From positions 1 to 60,200 of the forward strand of contig JAAPAO010000156.1 in NCBI GenBank assembly GCA_013115145.1: 60,200 bases of DNA, given 5' to 3'. Positions within the stretch are counted from its first letter, which is position 1. Each line of letters opens with the position of its first letter. Below, one piece after another: positions 37,938 to 49,754 of this stretch. Source of the DNA: Perkinsus chesapeaki ATCC PRA-425. Taxonomy: Eukaryota; Protista; Perkinsozoa. The notes below the pieces were generated by a model, which was not told the origin of the DNA, made no database searches, and saw nothing but the letters and a program-made list of their open reading frames with translations. The translations under genes were made by a program, and so were the position numbers.

Positions 37938-39925
37938 ATGACATTGCCTCGGCCGACGCCCCTAACACGGTCGATGAGGGGCTTCGCTTCTGTGGGGCCC
38001 AAGTTCACGGGGCCTCTTCAGAGTGTAGAGAGTCTCGTCCAGCGAATGACGGACAAAGGAGGACATGTCAACGGGGCTCCGATAGTGGCGAAGAAAGACG
38101 CTGAGGACTTCCTTACATACATCCAACTTATGAGACCTGCGGAGATATCCATGGTTGTGCATTACATGGCCAAGGCACGGTATGATGATAGAAAGTTTTG
38201 GTACTACTGGGGGGAGCGGTACTTCACAGCATCCTGGTTTGGTAGGAAAGATATCTGCCGGGTGTTATGCAGCGAGAAGGCCATTGCTAGCTTCCGTGTG
38301 AGAGATCTTAGCATGATAATAAGTAGCTTGAACGCAGCAGAGCTATTGGACGCCGAGGTAGTCGAAATGGGCTGAGGGACATTGATGCTGCGGGCTCTCA
38401 GACACTGGCTAGATTGAGTGATAAGATCCACGAAGCATCTTGCACAATGGATATGGAGTCATTATCGTTCCTTATCATGACATACGTCAAGCTTAGCGAT
38501 ACAGGAGTTGGTCAGTTGCTGTGGTCGGGCATGGTTCTTATGTGACATCTCAGAATCTGCTGCTGATGGATGCCTCAAGGCGCTCGGACCAAAGGACTTC
38601 CACCCAATCACCAGCATATGTGTTGATTACCTGCTACATCGCCTCGAGGCAGTTACCATCAATAACGTGGTGGAGGTCTTCTCTGGGCTTGCCACGCTGC
38701 AGTGTGATAATGTTCAGTTTTACCAGGTAGTAATGCAGCAGCGCTCCGCTTACTATAGCTTAGATCAGGCTGTCCTTCGGAGATGTCGTTCGTGGACCAG
38801 CACGATGCCTTATGAGAGTGTGGCTATTCTACTGCAGGCGATGGCTAAAACCAAAACACGAGATTCGGAACTGGTATGACTGCTCTGGATAATAATGAGT
38901 GATGTGTTCCTTCTAGGAGGGTAAGATTGCCCTTCGGCTATCGGGCAGTATCAGCAAGGCTAAGACAGAGTCTGAGCTTCAGACCAGCGGTGTGTGGATG
39001 TCTTCACTCATGCATCACTTCTCGAAGCTCGATGGAGATCGTAAGCTCTTTAAGCAGCTGTTGTTGGTAGGACTGTGTGCATCAGCCCATCCGACTGTGC
39101 AAAAGACGATAATAACTCAACTGCCGTTGGTCGTCCATACGATGTCGACTGAGTCTCTGATGTTGATGGTACCTCCATTGCCACTGCTACTCACGGGCAC
39201 CCCACCCAAAGTGTTTCGGGATACTGTTTTCTCTGAGAAGTGCCGAGGAGAGCTGCCCTATTTCGCTAAGGAAGGCTTATGCGCGATCATGTCTGCAGCG
39301 TACGTGCTCTCTAACGGTCATTGTGGAGCGACTTTATAGGTACCGTCTGTCGTACACATACGACAGTAGCTGGTGGAAGGAGGCCTCTGACTTAACCATC
39401 AAGCCTATAATGGATAACCGTTGGAGTGCAGTTACTGTCGCCACTGTGGCTTACCAGCTCACCCACCTTGCCGAGGCTGAGCATAATATTCATGCATCGT
39501 TGGATCAGTTGAGAACCTTCCATGATATTCGATCCGTATGGTTCGATAAAGTCCAGGATGCGTTGCGAACCCAAATGGCGCGCTGGTAGGGATTCTAGAG
39601 GAATACATTCCGGAGATGCCCCTTCAGGCCACCTCGACCAGTTTCGACCCTTCTTGCGTGTTACATTAAGATGGAAGTATGCCCACCTAGTGTGCTCGAG
39701 CGTGCAGTTGGACGAGCAAAGGTCGACATTGGCCGATATGATGCTTTGTCATTCACTCAAGTCATCACCGCCATGGCCAAGTTCAATTCAGTTGACATAC
39801 CGCTTCTCGAAGAAATAGAACGGAGGTTCAAATCTGGCCGGGTAAAGTTTTCACGGTCACAGCTGCGAGCCATTAAGAGAGCGTATGATGCCATCGGCCG
39901 CGATAAAGCATGTATAACATCCTAG
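37938..39925 (+). CDS. Helical-repeat (HPR/OPR/FASTK-like) protein, putatively mitochondrial (multi-exon)
   Basis: Arg/Ser-rich N-terminus (RSMRGFAS). Repeated units: EISMVVHYMAKARYDDRKFW, DLSMIISSLNAAELLD, SVAILLQAMAKTKTRDSEL, SFTQVITAMAKFNSVDIPLL. Confidence 0.55.
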
Positions 39926-40010
39926 TTTCTGCCTTAATGTTTCTGTCCGTGATGTTCTGTGGGGTTGAGAAGTATATCGAGCTCAAATCGAAATCGCGGT
40001 TCAGAAACGG

Positions 40011-43000
40011 TTACGATGAGGCATGGAACATCCGTGGAGGGTCAATAACTTCCCTCAAGAGCATCGTCGCGAATGAGCCGGACGGTAGATGAAACTGTAG
40101 AGGATGATAACAGACGAAGTCACTGTTATGACTATTACATCTAGGACGAGATTGCAGGTGGTAGACGTACCGTTAATTTCCTCCGAGGCGCTGAAGAAGG
40201 TGGGACGTATGATTAAAGGGCGCAGGTAGCAGTCTATTCGCGCTTTGTATCCCAGTGCTCGAGACACATCACAACTCTCGGGGTTATTCAAAACCCTCTC
40301 GGTTATCTCCCCTCGTTCGACTGATCTTTCCAGTATGCCACGATACCTGCGTGCCTGCATCGATACCCCAAATGAGCGTATCTTACGTACAGTTGATGTG
40401 GGTCGATGCCGAGGTGGATGAGAGGGGACTTCCCCTCAATGCGGTGGCCCCAGGTTGGTATAATAACGTTTTGTATTTCGTGCCTGAGTTCAGTCGAGCT
40501 CATCGCCCTTTACCGAGATAATGTAGAACTACTCATCCGCACTACTGTTTGTTTCAAATAGCAAAACTTCCCCAGAAACTGGTGACAGCAATACGTCACC
40601 GTCCATAAGCTCAAGGCCACCCTGGCGGATACGCCTAAAGTAATAGAATGGTCTATATAATAGGAGCGCTTCAGACCTACTGTGAAGCTAACTGGTTCCA
40701 AAGATATGACTGGTAAGCGCTCAAATAGAGAAGGGTCACATTGTGGGGAACGCCTCCCTTGAGAGCTATTCGATATCGGTCTGGGCCACGATTCTTCGTT
40801 AGGAGTAAGAGCACGCTCTTCCATCTGAGTAACGACGAAGCTTATTGTTGGCAGAAATACATCGTGGGTGTGTAGCTCAGCGGTAGAGCGGCTGACTGCA
40901 GATCAGCAGGTCCTCGGTTCAAATCCGGGCGCGCCCTTTTTCGTGAGCCCTACATTTTCGCATTGGAGTCAAGCTGATCAAGGCTCCCTAGTAGCTGCAG
41001 TGCCTTGGCAATGTCTCCATCGGAGCTCCACTGTTTCATAACCTGACAGAATCGGCAGTTATATACTCACCTGGTGATGTCAGGGAGCTAAGATCAACGA
41101 GCGATCAAAGAATACTCAACTCGGCCGCCGGAGATCGGTCCGATTCTGCAGGCGACATAAGCAGCTTTACGGCCTTCTCATACTGTCCTGATACGATCGC
41201 ACCGCCGATATCGACCTGCGCCGAGCATAATGGCTGGTAAGGAGAACCACAGCAGGACTCACGTTGCAGTGGCGTTCTTCACCGTGGTTGGGGTTGATAC
41301 CGAAGCGCTGTAGGCCATAGTAGTTTATGAAACCCTGACTTTCGATTGATGACAGTCTCTTGCCAACTCCTGGCTCAGCGCCCCGAATACGGACTCGGAA
41401 GCAGTTCCTGAAAATCACCAATGGCCCAGCAAGACGTGAAATTATTCTTACCCGAGTGAGAGACCTTGACGTAGCTTAGCAGGTCCTGTGTTAACCTCGA
41501 AGTTGCCAGCCTCACACATGCGAGAAGCACCACGGCTTATGTCATCGAATGCCTCACGTATCCGTTGCTCGTCGTGTGTGGTTGGCAGTGTCATATACCT
41601 GATTTTATCAAACCTGGGGATGGTATCCCCAGCTAGTCTCACTGGTAGGTCACTCCAAACCTATCCTTGGTGCCTCCATAATGCAGTGAATTGCTCGGCA
41701 GCCGGAGGTTCTGCTCCACAGCGCGCTGTAGGGCATTCGTATCCCAGCCAGTCTTCTTGAGTACGAACCTCCAACGCTGCGCATTGAACAAACCGACTGG
41801 GGAGTGCTTCCGCTGCCAACTGAGTAGAACTTGCGGAGTGGCCTGCACTAGACGATATCATCAATCAAACAACACAGTTGATCTTACGTTCGCTTTTTTC
41901 ATGACTGAGACCTCTAAGTTCTCAAACTGCTTTGTCAACTGTCGCAAGAACAGATCACTGTTTGTTCCACGAAGTAGCCGTATAGTTAAGCTGCCGTCGT
42001 TGAACCTAGCAAATCTCATTGTGGTGGTAGTCGAGCAACAGGAGAGTACCCTCGAAGAATGAATCGCATTAACTCCACAGCATCCTCATGGTGAACGCAT
42101 TCAATAAGGAGCTCGGATCTCTGAGCATCTGTGGCCCCGTAGAACATTACTTCATGAGAGAGAATCTTCATGGGTATCATAGCGAACGTCTGAAATAAGG
42201 GTCGAATCCTAGTCAAGAAGGGCACCTAGTTGTCATCACTTGACGGAGCTGCCAAGCTATTGCTCCTCGAATCTTATAGACATCCGCAAGATCGTTCCCT
42301 GGATCTGCACGGTGGAAGGTGCACAAAAGCCCCCTGACGTCTCGTCTTGACTTTTTGCCCTAACAAATAGAGCATCACGGTCAGCAGCTGAAGACACAGT
42401 CGGGAATACAGTTGCCCTTTTGACAAACTGCTCGATTTTAGTTATAGCGTCCTCGCTGCATTGCGCAGATATATAGGACGAAGCCGCTGAATCCCCAAGA
42501 GTGTATCTGAAGGGCCATGATCTACTCCCCGAGGCTGAACCTACGACGATAGTATAATACCGTACTGTAGAAAGATAATGAGTAGGAGACCACACGATTC
42601 CATCGACGTCTGTTGTTATACTTCACCAATACCACACCTACCCTTGCTCAAAGGCGTCAAGCAAGCTTTGGGTTGAATCCTCCCCTGCTTGAAGGGACCG
42701 TGGGTCGACAGCAGTAGAGCGCGGCTCACTGAACTAATCGCAGCTGCAAAGATATCAAGAGCAGCTTACCCCTCCTCGAGATGGAGCTGTTCCACTGCTG
42801 CCCAGCAAGGCCTCATAGGTTCGATACGCATCCGCGCCACTTTTCCGTCCATGCCGACCTCTCTGACTTCCCAGTCCTCCATCTGTCAGAAAAGCTCTTC
42901 CGGTTGTAGGAGGTGCTTCCTCACTTTGCCTCTGATAAAGCCTCCGCTGCCTTTGGGATCGATATGTTCCTCGATGCCGACCCTCTGGTTGAATCGGTCA

Positions 43001-43411
43001 AACTGTTCCCGATCCCTCTCCTCTACCGTTAGCTTCCGTTCAATACCTAGTTTCCTAGCCAAGCTTCCCAGCGAGCTCTCCTGCAAAACTCCTGCACTTC
43101 GGGCCAAAACACTCAAGGTCCTAGTCTTACTGCTGACCTGCAGCGCCCTGCGTTCGATACAACGCTTAGCAATCTGATGCCTAGGCCGATCTGTTCACGT
43201 GAGAGTCGTGGTCGATAGATCCTCACTGCTGGGATGATGAGAAGCATATTAAGTTAATATTATTAATTATACAGCAACTTTATCCCATGTGCCTCGTACA
43301 GCAATACACGTCTCGCTCGCTGCCTGACAGGAACCGTTCCTGCCGGTGAGCTCAAGTGACGGCATGGCAGCAGCTCGCGGGGCCAGCCATTGCACTACGC
43401 TTCGTTGCCAT
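40011..43411 (-). CDS. PUS7: Pseudouridine synthase PUS7/TruD family, copy 2 (multi-exon; start approximate)
   Basis: YGGTKDRFGVTYQ (catalytic Asp), FINYYGLQRFG, LYLSAYQSYLWNQLAS, RPLIIRP and FHLPSGSFATMLLRE. The frame is continuous across a 129-nt intron at 40825-40953. Confidence 0.85.
40866..40937 (+). tRNA. tRNA-Cys(GCA), intronless
   Basis: 72-nt cloverleaf: acceptor GGGTGTG/CGCGCCC, D arm GCTC/GAGC, anticodon arm GCTGA-CTGCAGA-TCAGC, T arm CTCGG-TTCAAAT-CCGGG, U discriminator, followed by a T-run terminator. Confidence 0.97.
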
Positions 43412-43516
43412 CTGTTATCGACCCAGACCAGATAACTGGACTAACACAATCGTCAAGGTCATCGCTGAAACAGTGGATGAAACGAGACGTGTGTCTACTG
43501 ATAAAACATGCATCAG

Positions 43517-46500
43517 TCAATTATTATTATATCCTTCTATTATTTCTCTCAGCAGCATGGTAGCATAGGATCCCCGAGGAAGATGGAACTATACAGGCTG
43601 CATCGAACGTAACTACTGCATTAGATGACCTACATCCAACAGAAGGTTATTCCTATCAGGTAGCCGTTCGCCATTGGATTCTTCTGCCGCGAGGAGCACG
43701 GTTGGACGCACGATAAGTCGCCTTGGCACAGTTGTGAGCTTTTGGTGGAAGCCGAGATCAGAGAAGCGAAACTGTGCTTTCGGCCAAGACCCTGGCCGTA
43801 TCTCTCCACGATCTTCCGAGTCACCAATCAAGCCCGCATATCTGAGCCGCAATGGTACGTCCGAGGCGCAAGGAATATCTTTAAAGTCTCACAATTGCTC
43901 GACGTCCAGTCCAGCGCCGAGCACTCTACATTCCCCTTCTATCTGCTCACCTAGCTGAGGCAGACGTACATCATGTATGCTAAACCTGCAACCATGAATC
44001 GATCTCATCCACCACTTGAGCAGCTACTTCTCAGCATCATCCAGGGAGTAAATAAGCCTGAGCTCACCACTTGCCGGCTCCTTGACTAAGTCCCCGATCT
44101 GCACTTGCAGGCCGCCGCCATGGAGGATACGTCTAGAATAATATTCACACCATTCCCCCGTGCCATGGACTGTCTACCGGCTAGCCAGACGGTTCCACAA
44201 GCAGGAGATGTAGGCAGAGGCAAGCAAGTGCCATAGCGTCCTCGGTATGAGCATCATGGCACGGCGGCCTTTATCTCGACAGGTAGCCAGTTCAGATAGC
44301 ATGGCTCGATACCTACCAAGGGACAGCATTCATCCTACTGTAACATGTATTCACTCCCACAATATAATATCGCGGTTGTCGCGTGCCTGTACCCGATTGA
44401 GAGCTTCCGATGCCTTACGAGCATCCCCGCTTTCAAGCCACTCTCGCCGTATCTACCAGCTCTACAAAACCTACCAACGCCTTCCAAACCCACCTCGGCA
44501 TCTTCCGAAAAATCGTCCGCCAAAGGCCGTAGGTAAGACTGCACAGCGCCATAGAAATCACGAGTGATGATAGCGCCGCCGGTCCGCACCTTAAAAATAA
44601 ATTTGTAGAAGGAGCGTACTCGTCCGCACTGAACGACGTCTCTTACGTGGCTGGATTCTCCGGAGCCTTTGTCCCATCCAAAGCGCTGAAGTCCAAAATA
44701 GTTGACGAAGCCCGTGTTGCGGAGCGAGTCCAATTTCGCACTGGCCCCGGGCTCAACATCACGCAATCGTATTCGGAAGCAGTTGCTGAATAGATCATCT
44801 CATTGGCAGCTGCGCCGCCCGAAGAAAGTTCCACCCGAAGAGTGTCCCGCACTTGAACTTCTTCTCTGGAGCATCGTGCAGTTGGAAGTTGTCCAAAGCT
44901 GCCCATCCCCGTGAGCCTCCCCCACACGCCACTGACAATGCCTTCTTGATCTCCTCTGGACTGTGTGTTGCTGGAATCGTTACGTACCTAACAACCGTCA
45001 TACAACCCCCTCGGAGCTTTATTGACCCCTCCTCCTCCTACTGATAAGTAAGTCCCCGCTTATCCTTGAGACCGGCATAGTGTATAGATTCCCTTGGCAG
45101 GCGCAGCTCCTTTTCTAGTATAGCGAGCACTCTAGGTGTATCAAGATTTGCCTTGTGCAACACACATCTCCACCGTTTGCCACCATGAAGGCCTCTCTGT
45201 GAGTAAAGCCTCGACCAAGATGCCCGCACGATAGTACTGTCATCCTGCAATGCAGAAGACGACATGAATCCTCAGACAGACCGGCGCACCTCTCTCCAGG
45301 ATGATAATAGTCTTACCTCGGAAGTCGCAGAATGGAGTAGTTGGAAATCTAGATCTCGCCAGAACTTGGCGACCTCTGCTGCGAATCTCTCAACTTCATC
45401 TGCAACATTCTGGCCAGGAGATCGGAATGCAAATGACACATCTCTCTGGCCATATCTGAGAACAAGGTAAGAAGAGGAGCATCGCTGAGGGCGAATATAA
45501 CAATGACTCCTCAAAGTGATCGATTTTCGAACTCACAATAAATGTAAAAACTTCCCTCCAGTAGTTTCCCTCCAGTAGATACCGAATTGAGGTAGCCAGT
45601 GAGGTAGCCGAGGCAACAGCTTACTGCTTACCCACATGTTATCAGACCAAGCAACATTTGGGCATCACTCAGGGTCATATGCTGCAGTAGTAGCCTTTTA
45701 AAACCACGATTCTCAGCTATATGGAATACTCTATGCTCTCTACCCTCGAACTGACACGGTACATTCGCAAGCACCTGAACCGTGATACAATACAGGTTAC
45801 CAGAGTGCTGCTACATGTTTGGTAGCCGCCACGATAGCCCCCCTGAGTCGGTAAGCCTCCTCATCACTCATGACACCTTCCCCCAGCTTCGTTCGTAGCA
45901 CCCCGGCCTCATGCGTCTTGGCCTGCCCATCCCACACAAAGCTTTATTATCGTCTTTCTATAGTGGTCACTACCGCTGCGTTGTCGAGAAAGGAATCCAA
46001 GCGGGTGATCGCCGAATGACCCAGTTTAGCCTCTATGAGCTCCCTTGCTTCGGGAACTGCTAGATTGAATCTGAGTGGAGCTACAAAGTGCGTCTCAGAA
46101 GGGATGCTACCCTTCCCAATGCGCATCTTCAACCGCCTTGGTCTTATCGGCCTCCTCCAATGGAGGAAATGACGTCTCTTCACCGGACTCCGCATCGATC
46201 CTATCAGACAGTCAAGCTTTGCGGTTTGAAAAGGACCAGTAAGTTGAGTAGAATAATTATTTTGATTAGGTACGGGAGTAGTGGATTAGACTCACCCGTT
46301 CCGTGCTGCTTCCTCGGAGACTACTTCCTCAACTTCTTCCCACCAGTGAAGGATAGGCTCATCGTTCAGTCTAGCTACCTTCAAGTCAGTACCGACCTCT
46401 CGGACCTCCCAATCTTTAATCTGACGCAGCAAATGCCCTCTACTAGAGGGTTGCCGACATACCTTCACGCGGAGGTCGCCACCGAGGGCCAGTGGATTTA

Positions 46501-46550
46501 TGAACTCAGTGATGCCCACAGCCTCTGGTAACGGCTTCTTCACAGTGTAG
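43517..46550 (-). CDS. PUS7: Pseudouridine synthase PUS7/TruD family, copy 1 (multi-exon; start approximate)
   Basis: EAVGITEFI, YAGLKDKRGLTYQ, GFVNYFGLQRFG, RRLIVRP and FHLPRGSYATMLLREII. Confidence 0.88.
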
Positions 46551-46981
46551 TCAGCTACAGGCGAATGTCGACTACGAAACTAATAAACACTCCCAACTGG
46601 GGGAGACACTCCAGCAGTTACAGCAGCGCTCACCGTGGTGCCATCGACAGGATGTGCTGTCCATCGCGAACGGGGTCTACTCCCAGCAGCAGCAGCAGCA
46701 GCTTGCTCAACAACCGGTATAGCAGCTGTGGCGAAGAGACGCTTGTCGAATCCGTTAGCGGAAAGGATAATTTTGGCGCCGGGTGGTAAAAACTTCAACG
46801 ATGATCTTTCACCATTCAACTGCTGTTAACTCAACGAGTCCTCCTCCTCGTACAGAACCGATAGCCGAGGATTACAATTCTAACACTGTGAGAAATAATG
46901 CATTCCAATTCAACCTAACAGAATCTTCTCAATCATAAGCCACCATTATCCTTCTTCATTTCGTAAGCAGTTGTTGTTCAT

Positions 46982-49354
46982 CTACACCACCTGCCAAGGG
47001 CCCTCTCCGACGTCCACTGGTGGGCCCGTCTTGGATGCAGCATTCTCCATGTGAAAGTCTGGTCTCGACGCAAAGAACGTTATTGCTTGTACCAGACGCA
47101 TCGCTGTTGAAGCGGGTACTAACACAGGACACTGTGCAGCAGAAGCAGCAGCAGCAGAAGCAGAGAAGTTGCCGTTAGAAATCACCTTCAGTTCCGCTGG
47201 ATAACGCGGCCTCGAAGGCATCATCTTCAAACTCACACTCATACCGCAGGCCATTGTAGTGGAAGACATATATCCTATCAGGGTGGGTCTTGGAGAAACA
47301 TACAAGAGGACCTGAGATGCTGTTCGAATGAGTCTTTTGGTCATCAAGTGTTGTTGTTGTTGCTTACCGCCGATTGGCACCCCTTCTCCAATATTCTCCC
47401 TAGCCAAGCCACCTGATACCGCACGGAGGTCAACAGAGGTACGTCCAGTAGCAGGATCGATGTCAGGCAAATGGAACTGAGCTATAGACCTCGCAGATTT
47501 GAAGTATCTGAAGATATGGCGAGTATCTTGGCAACCATCACCACCACAACTACTATAGCAATACTAAACAATTCTCTAATTCCACATACGACAGAATACG
47601 AATATACGACGTCGTTCCTGATACTGGGCGTGAAGACATGGCAAGTAGTAGTAGTAGTAGTGCAGAAATTGTCCAAGTGATTGAAGAATGCTGTAGTGTG
47701 AGTAATGAGCACGAAGGGGGAAGCGGCCAACATCCGCCTTCATACCCTATCGGCAGTGTGCTTGCCAGGGAATGCTTGGTCGAAGCTTGGCCTGTCTGAT
47801 CGGATGTCCCGCCACCAGCACCCAGCTGTAATAGTGTATTAGTCTGCTGTTCTACGTAGTTAACAGCAGAGGCAGCGTAAGATAATAAAGTAGAAGAGAA
47901 TGACCTGTCGACAACAATACGGGTTCAAGGCTGCCCCTCGCTCGGTTACGCTGCCGATGTTGCCCTAGCCCTCGAAGGTGGAGGGGTGCCTTCAGGTGGT
48001 GTAGGACCCAACATAACAGGCACTTGGGACCCTACGAGACAGCACACCTTACATTGACAAATCTAAACTGCCGCTGCTGCTGCTACCTTGAGAATCGCCG
48101 CTGCCCGATCGTGCGTGACGTGGCGATGCCAGCCGAAAGACATGCACTGTATTAGAGCTCGAGGACGATACGAGATATTGGTCATCATCCCCTATGGGAT
48201 GACTGCTAAGGGATCGGCGCGTTTATCAGGCTTACTAAAACTGAGACAGCATATCAGAGTATTTGTAGTGCCTCTTCTTAATTCATGAAGGAGTTGTCCA
48301 TCCTCAGTAGCCCACACTTTAATAACAGTACCACTCTCACCAGCGGAGGCTACCTGGAATGAAGAGGGGGATGAGGACGACGACGATTCAACGCTAGTTC
48401 GAACGGCGACGTTCCTCTCACCAGAGTGCCACTGACGTTTAACTGAAGAGCCATCACAGCGCTGTTGTGAGCACCCAAGATAGAGTGTGATGACAAGTGG
48501 CTGCTCACACCTGTTGAGGCTCCAGTGAGCCCATTTGGACGACCAAGGAATTGAACCTGCGTGTTCAGTGCTGGTGATCTTGTATTGAGTTACCCTGATA
48601 CCGCCCCTCTGTTGATCTGGGCAACACATAACGGTCTCTCTGTGAACATCACAATTTAAAGTGCATATTCCTCTACTGTTTCCATGGGTGTCCAAGTGAA
48701 GCATTACATCCAGTTCAGGAAGGCTGTAGACGTAAATCTGATAGAAAAACCGTAAACTACCACAATTAACGGCCACACGCTAGGCACCTTGTACTCCGTC
48801 ACAACCGCTATGACATCTCGCCGCATTTGCACATTCAGAACCTCTGGTCTCGAACACAGAGCGTGAGGCGCTGTACCACTTTTATCGTCCCACAGCAAAA
48901 CCTATGATACCCAGTCCCTTCCTCTTGGCCCATCATTTTCGCCTTACTCGTGTCGGCTCACCAGCGCTGACCAAGGCTCTTATGTTAGTCTTGTAAAGCA
49001 TCACTGCGACAGCTACCGGCGCTGACATCAGTCGCCGACGGAACTCTACGAAGTTATCGCTTTGGGCTTGTGAGTAAAGGAAGAAGGTGCCTGTAAATGA
49101 TGCGCCCGATGCCTAGCTGGCGGTCCGATATAGGCCTTACGAAAGTCTTTGGTGGTGCCAAGACAGAAACCAGTGTGATCCTGATTGAGCGACATGCTCA
49201 CCAAGTACACTGGGGGTGCACCCGGTTGTTGTTGATGTTCTTTAGTGGGGCTGTCGGTATTGCTGGCAGACTGTTTACTCAGAACGGCCGGAGAAGATAA
49301 CGGCGAAGTTGGTGTAGGACTATGGGAAGGAGTTGATGCTTCACTTGATGACAT
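46982..49354 (-). CDS. ATG18: PROPPIN / ATG18-WIPI family WD40 protein (multi-exon; 3' end approximate)
   Basis: SLNQDHTGFCLGT, ASAGESGTVIKVW and the phosphoinositide-binding motif HELRRG (LRRG variant typical of WIPI3/4-Hsv2). Confidence 0.8.
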
Positions 49355-49754
49355 CACAAAAAGGTAACAGAAATGTTGGCACCTACTGGCCAGTTGGTCA
49401 GTAACGCAACTTCCGAGACCGAAGGGATTTAACATCAGCATCAATAATGCCCTTCAAGTGCAGAGAAATTCACGGCAGAGAAAGGCTAGAACTGATCCCA
49501 GCAGGCGAGCAGCATTCACCCACAGCTAGGTGGGCCACGGAGCATTGCCGACCTGCTGCCATCACCACAATCCCTTGTGACACAACGTGAACTCAACAGT
49601 TGCTATTGTTAAAGGATCCTACTACTACTACTATTGAAACCAACGTACACTGCTCTACTACTAGCCTAAACCATCATCATCAACAGCAGCAGCAGCAGAG
49701 GCAGGCGTAATGATAATTTAAACATCGCATCCATTAACTCATTGGAGTAGTCTA

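Noticed and set aside
40510-40824. 104-aa ORF MEERALTP... as a separate gene
   Set aside because: It is the wrong frame of PUS7 copy 2 exons; another frame gives LYLSAYQSYLWN.
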